A stretch of DNA of 64,000 nucleotides from Cenarchaeum sp. (GTDB lineage Archaea; Thermoproteota; Nitrososphaeria; Nitrososphaerales; Nitrosopumilaceae), in contig CBDESU010000001.1 of assembly GCA_965242695.1 (NCBI GenBank), positions 1,568,001 through 1,632,000 on the forward strand. Direction: 5' to 3'. This document shows, piece by piece, positions 61,523 through 64,000 of this stretch. The translations under genes were made by a program, and so were the position numbers. Positions within the stretch are counted from its first letter, which is position 1; the number at the start of each line of letters is the position of its first letter. The notes under the pieces were generated by a model. The model was not told the origin of the DNA. It searched no databases and was given only the letters and a program-made list of their open reading frames with translations.

Positions 61523-62716
61523 CTACAGCGCCTGGAACTGCTCGCTCCACTGGTAGTAGGCGCGCAGCATTTCGTGCGATACGCTCGGCTTGCGCCGGAT
61601 CATTATATCCTTGAAGTCGGCCATTGTGATGTCCCGCGGCTGCTGCGGCTCCTCGCCGGACACCGGCTCGCGGTACTCGGGGTCGCTGAACAGCTCGTGC
61701 ACGACGCGCAGCTGGGCCGCCTGGCAGACGTCCTTTATGTCGCTCGCGCTGTACCCCTCGAACAGCTTTGCGAGCACCGGTATGCGCAACTTTGCATCCT
61801 TCTTTAGCGGCTCGGTGTACAGCTCGAACAGGTTATGCCGCGCCTCGATCGTCGGGAGGTTCACGTAGATGCGCTTCTGGAAGCGGCGCAGGAACGGGTG
61901 GTCGAGGCTCCACGGCTTGTTCGTCGCCCCGATGACGTACATCATGAGGTCCTTGCCCTTGCCGTTGACGCCGTCCATCTCGGTGAGGAACTGGTTCTTT
62001 ACGCGCACCTCGCCTCCGACCTCGCTGTTGCGCGAGCCGAGCAGCGAGTCTACCTCGTCGACGAACAGTATGACGGGCTTGCCCTCCTTCTCGGCGTAGC
62101 CGCGGGCCATCGAGAACAGCTTTGAGACGTTCTTCTCGGCCTCGCCGAGCCACTTGCTCATCATCGAGGCCGCATCGACGTTGATGAAGTAGCCTTCGAT
62201 CTCGCTCGCCGTCGCCGCCGCGAGTATGGTCTTGCCGCACCCCGGGGGCCCGTACAGGAGCATGCCGCGCGGCCAGCCGAGCGGGAACAGGTCGCCCCTC
62301 TTTGACGGGTACACGATCGACTCGCGCAGGGCGTTCTTTGCGTCGTCGAGCCCGATGACCTCGGACCAGCTAATGTCGGGCTTTTCCTTCATGATGAGCT
62401 CGTCAAAGTCGTTCTTGGTCTGCTGCTCCTCGATCTGCGCCTTCTGCTCGGCAGGCGGCGCGCTCGGGTCGACCGCCGGCTCTATCGACGTGGAGTCGCG
62501 CAGCATCTTTATGCGCTTCTGGTACGACGCGCTGCGCTCGCGGTAGATCGGGTTGAGCTTGCTGCCGGGGTACAGCTGGATGAGGCGCATGAGCGAGTCG
62601 ATGGCCTTCTGGTAGTTTGTAATGGCCATGCCGCGCGCCCCCTGCGAGTCGCACTTGATGGCCTCCGAGGCGTACTTGCTCGCGCTGTTCTCTAGCTCTT
62701 GCGGCGCCATGCTCAA
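61523..62716 (-). CDS. cdvC: Vps4/CdvC AAA ATPase with MIT domain
   Basis: N-terminal MIT, GPPGCGKT, FVDEVDSL, ATNKPWSLD, RRFQKRIY. Confidence 0.95.
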   Translation of the reverse strand: MSMAPQELENSASKYASEAIKCDSQGARGMAITNYQKAIDSLMRLIQLYPGSKLNPIYRERSASYQKRIKMLRDSTSIEPAVDPSAPPAEQKAQIEEQQTKNDFDELIMKEKPDISWSEVIGLDDAKNALRESIVYPSKRGDLFPLGWPRGMLLYGPPGCGKTILAAATASEIEGYFINVDAASMMSKWLGEAEKNVSKLFSMARGYAEKEGKPVILFVDEVDSLLGSRNSEVGGEVRVKNQFLTEMDGVNGKGKDLMMYVIGATNKPWSLDHPFLRRFQKRIYVNLPTIEARHNLFELYTEPLKKDAKLRIPVLAKLFEGYSASDIKDVCQAAQLRVVHELFSDPEYREPVSGEEPQQPRDITMADFKDIMIRRKPSVSHEMLRAYYQWSEQFQAL

Positions 62717-62717
62717 C

Positions 62718-63329
62718 CTATACCACTGCTCCTGTCCGGTATGCCCGCCCGCGTTGGTAATGGGCGGTGTCGGATCCGGTCGACTTGGGGGTCAAATTTT
62801 CTACACCTGCGGGCCGCGCCGCAGGCGCCGACGGGGCCGGATCGGCGCCCCTGACCGTCCGCGAGGCGCCCGCGGCGGGCGCTGCGCCGCCGAACAGGGG
62901 CGGCCCCTCCGACGGCCCTGGCCCGCCGGTGGCCGCAGGGCCTGGCGCGGCGGCGGCTACTGGCCCGCCAAGGAGCACAGAGCCGACGCTCGCGTGCGCC
63001 TCGCGGATGCGGCGTATCGAGTCCTCGGCCGACAGGACCAGCTCGCCCATCTCGTCGTCGATGCCGTCAAGTCCCTCTGTCGAGCGCTCGATCACCTCTA
63101 CGAGCGCCCCGAGCAGGGCGCGCAGCTCGCGCCTGTCCTCGTACTTTACGAGCAGGTAGCGCGCCGCCTGGAGGACGGCGTCAAAGTCGCGCAGATCCTC
63201 GGGGGCGACCGCGTTTACGGCCCTGCGGTCCGCGTCCGAGAGGGCGGCGAGCCTCTCGGATGCGAGGGCCGATGCGGCCCCGATCCGGGCCTCGTCTGCC
63301 GCCCCCCCTGTCCTGCCCCCTAGCAGCAT
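62718..63329 (-). CDS. Hypothetical protein in the cdv operon
   Basis: Helical/coiled-coil ORF packed between the ESCRT-III-like gene and cdvC. Confidence 0.65.
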   Translation of the reverse strand: MLLGGRTGGAADEARIGAASALASERLAALSDADRRAVNAVAPEDLRDFDAVLQAARYLLVKYEDRRELRALLGALVEVIERSTEGLDGIDDEMGELVLSAEDSIRRIREAHASVGSVLLGGPVAAAAPGPAATGGPGPSEGPPLFGGAAPAAGASRTVRGADPAPSAPAARPAGVENLTPKSTGSDTAHYQRGRAYRTGAVV

Positions 63330-64000
63330 GCGCGCGTCACGGCCAGCATGCGCGCGCCGTGCATATCAGGGTACAGCCGCCTTAGTTTAGACTCGGCGGT
63401 CAACTTTGCTTGAGCCAGCGCGGCCGACGAGGCGGCGTTGGACCTGCCAAAGTCGAGCCTGGCGTCGGCGACGGCGGCAGAGTCGGCCAGGACGCCGCCG
63501 AGGACGGACGAGGCCTCGCACAGGAGCGCGCTCTGGGCAGGGTACGAGGCGTGCAGGGCCGAGCTGACGCGGCGCAGGACGGCAATGGCCGCAGGCACCT
63601 CGTCCGTCACGGGGGCCGAGCGGCCGGCGCGCCCAAGCCACGAGGCCGCCTCCAAGAGGGCCAGGACGGCCGTGCGCGCGGCAAGCTCGCCGGCCAGCGC
63701 GGCGGGCAGGGACGTGTGCGCGGCGGCCGCGCGCATGATGCCTGGGCGGCCCGCCGCTGCCGCGCCCGACTCGCCGGCGCCTACAGGGGCGGCCTCCGCC
63801 GCCGCCAGCCGCCGGTTGCGGCGCGAGATATCCTGCAGCTCGGCCGACAGCCCGGTACAGATGTCGCCGAGCAGGGAGCGCGCGTACTCTAGGCGCGGCA
63901 GTATCTCCCTCGTACGCGCAGCCGCCGCGGCGTCGCCGACTCGGGGGCGCGCTGCCTCTGCTGCGCAGGCCGCTGTCGCCCCCGCCGGCTGCCCGCGCCT
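63320..64000 (-). CDS. Divergent ESCRT-III/CdvB paralog (5' end beyond window)
   Basis: Frame open to the window edge; ILPRLEYARSLL and PAAIAVLRRVSSAL...P...L...SSVLG resemble Snf7/CdvB helices; upstream of cdvC. Confidence 0.55.
   Translation of the reverse strand, partial: RRGQPAGATAACAAEAARPRVGDAAAAARTREILPRLEYARSLLGDICTGLSAELQDISRRNRRLAAAEAAPVGAGESGAAAAGRPGIMRAAAAHTSLPAALAGELAARTAVLALLEAASWLGRAGRSAPVTDEVPAAIAVLRRVSSALHASYPAQSALLCEASSVLGGVLADSAAVADARLDFGRSNAASSAALAQAKLTAESKLRRLYPDMHGARMLAVTRACC

Overview
Archaeal window from a high-GC member of Nitrososphaerota (Thaumarchaeota; Nitrosopumilaceae/Cenarchaeum-like, probably host-associated). The assignment rests on the polB-dCMP deaminase-Hef helicase-parvulin cluster, stand-alone atpF, carAB, and cdvC with an ESCRT-III paralog. 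Housekeeping blocks alternate with accessory DNA: a HEPN-TPR gene in a 1.84-kb duplication, two large secreted NHL/Ig-like paralogs, PIN toxins with tandem Panacea/YwgA-like partners, three IS elements with identifiable ends, and a 13-kb phosphorothioation-type defence island. Three observations stand out. (1) carB is interrupted by a 22-nt insert with the geometry of a bulge-helix-bulge intron. (2) The 3' part of the sspC-like gene lies inverted between two recombinase-like sites whose crossover restores one ~1180-aa ORF. (3) The SspABCD-like modification genes are paired with Pbe/Dnd-like effectors instead of SspE. Family assignments come from motif recognition by eye, not from database searches.
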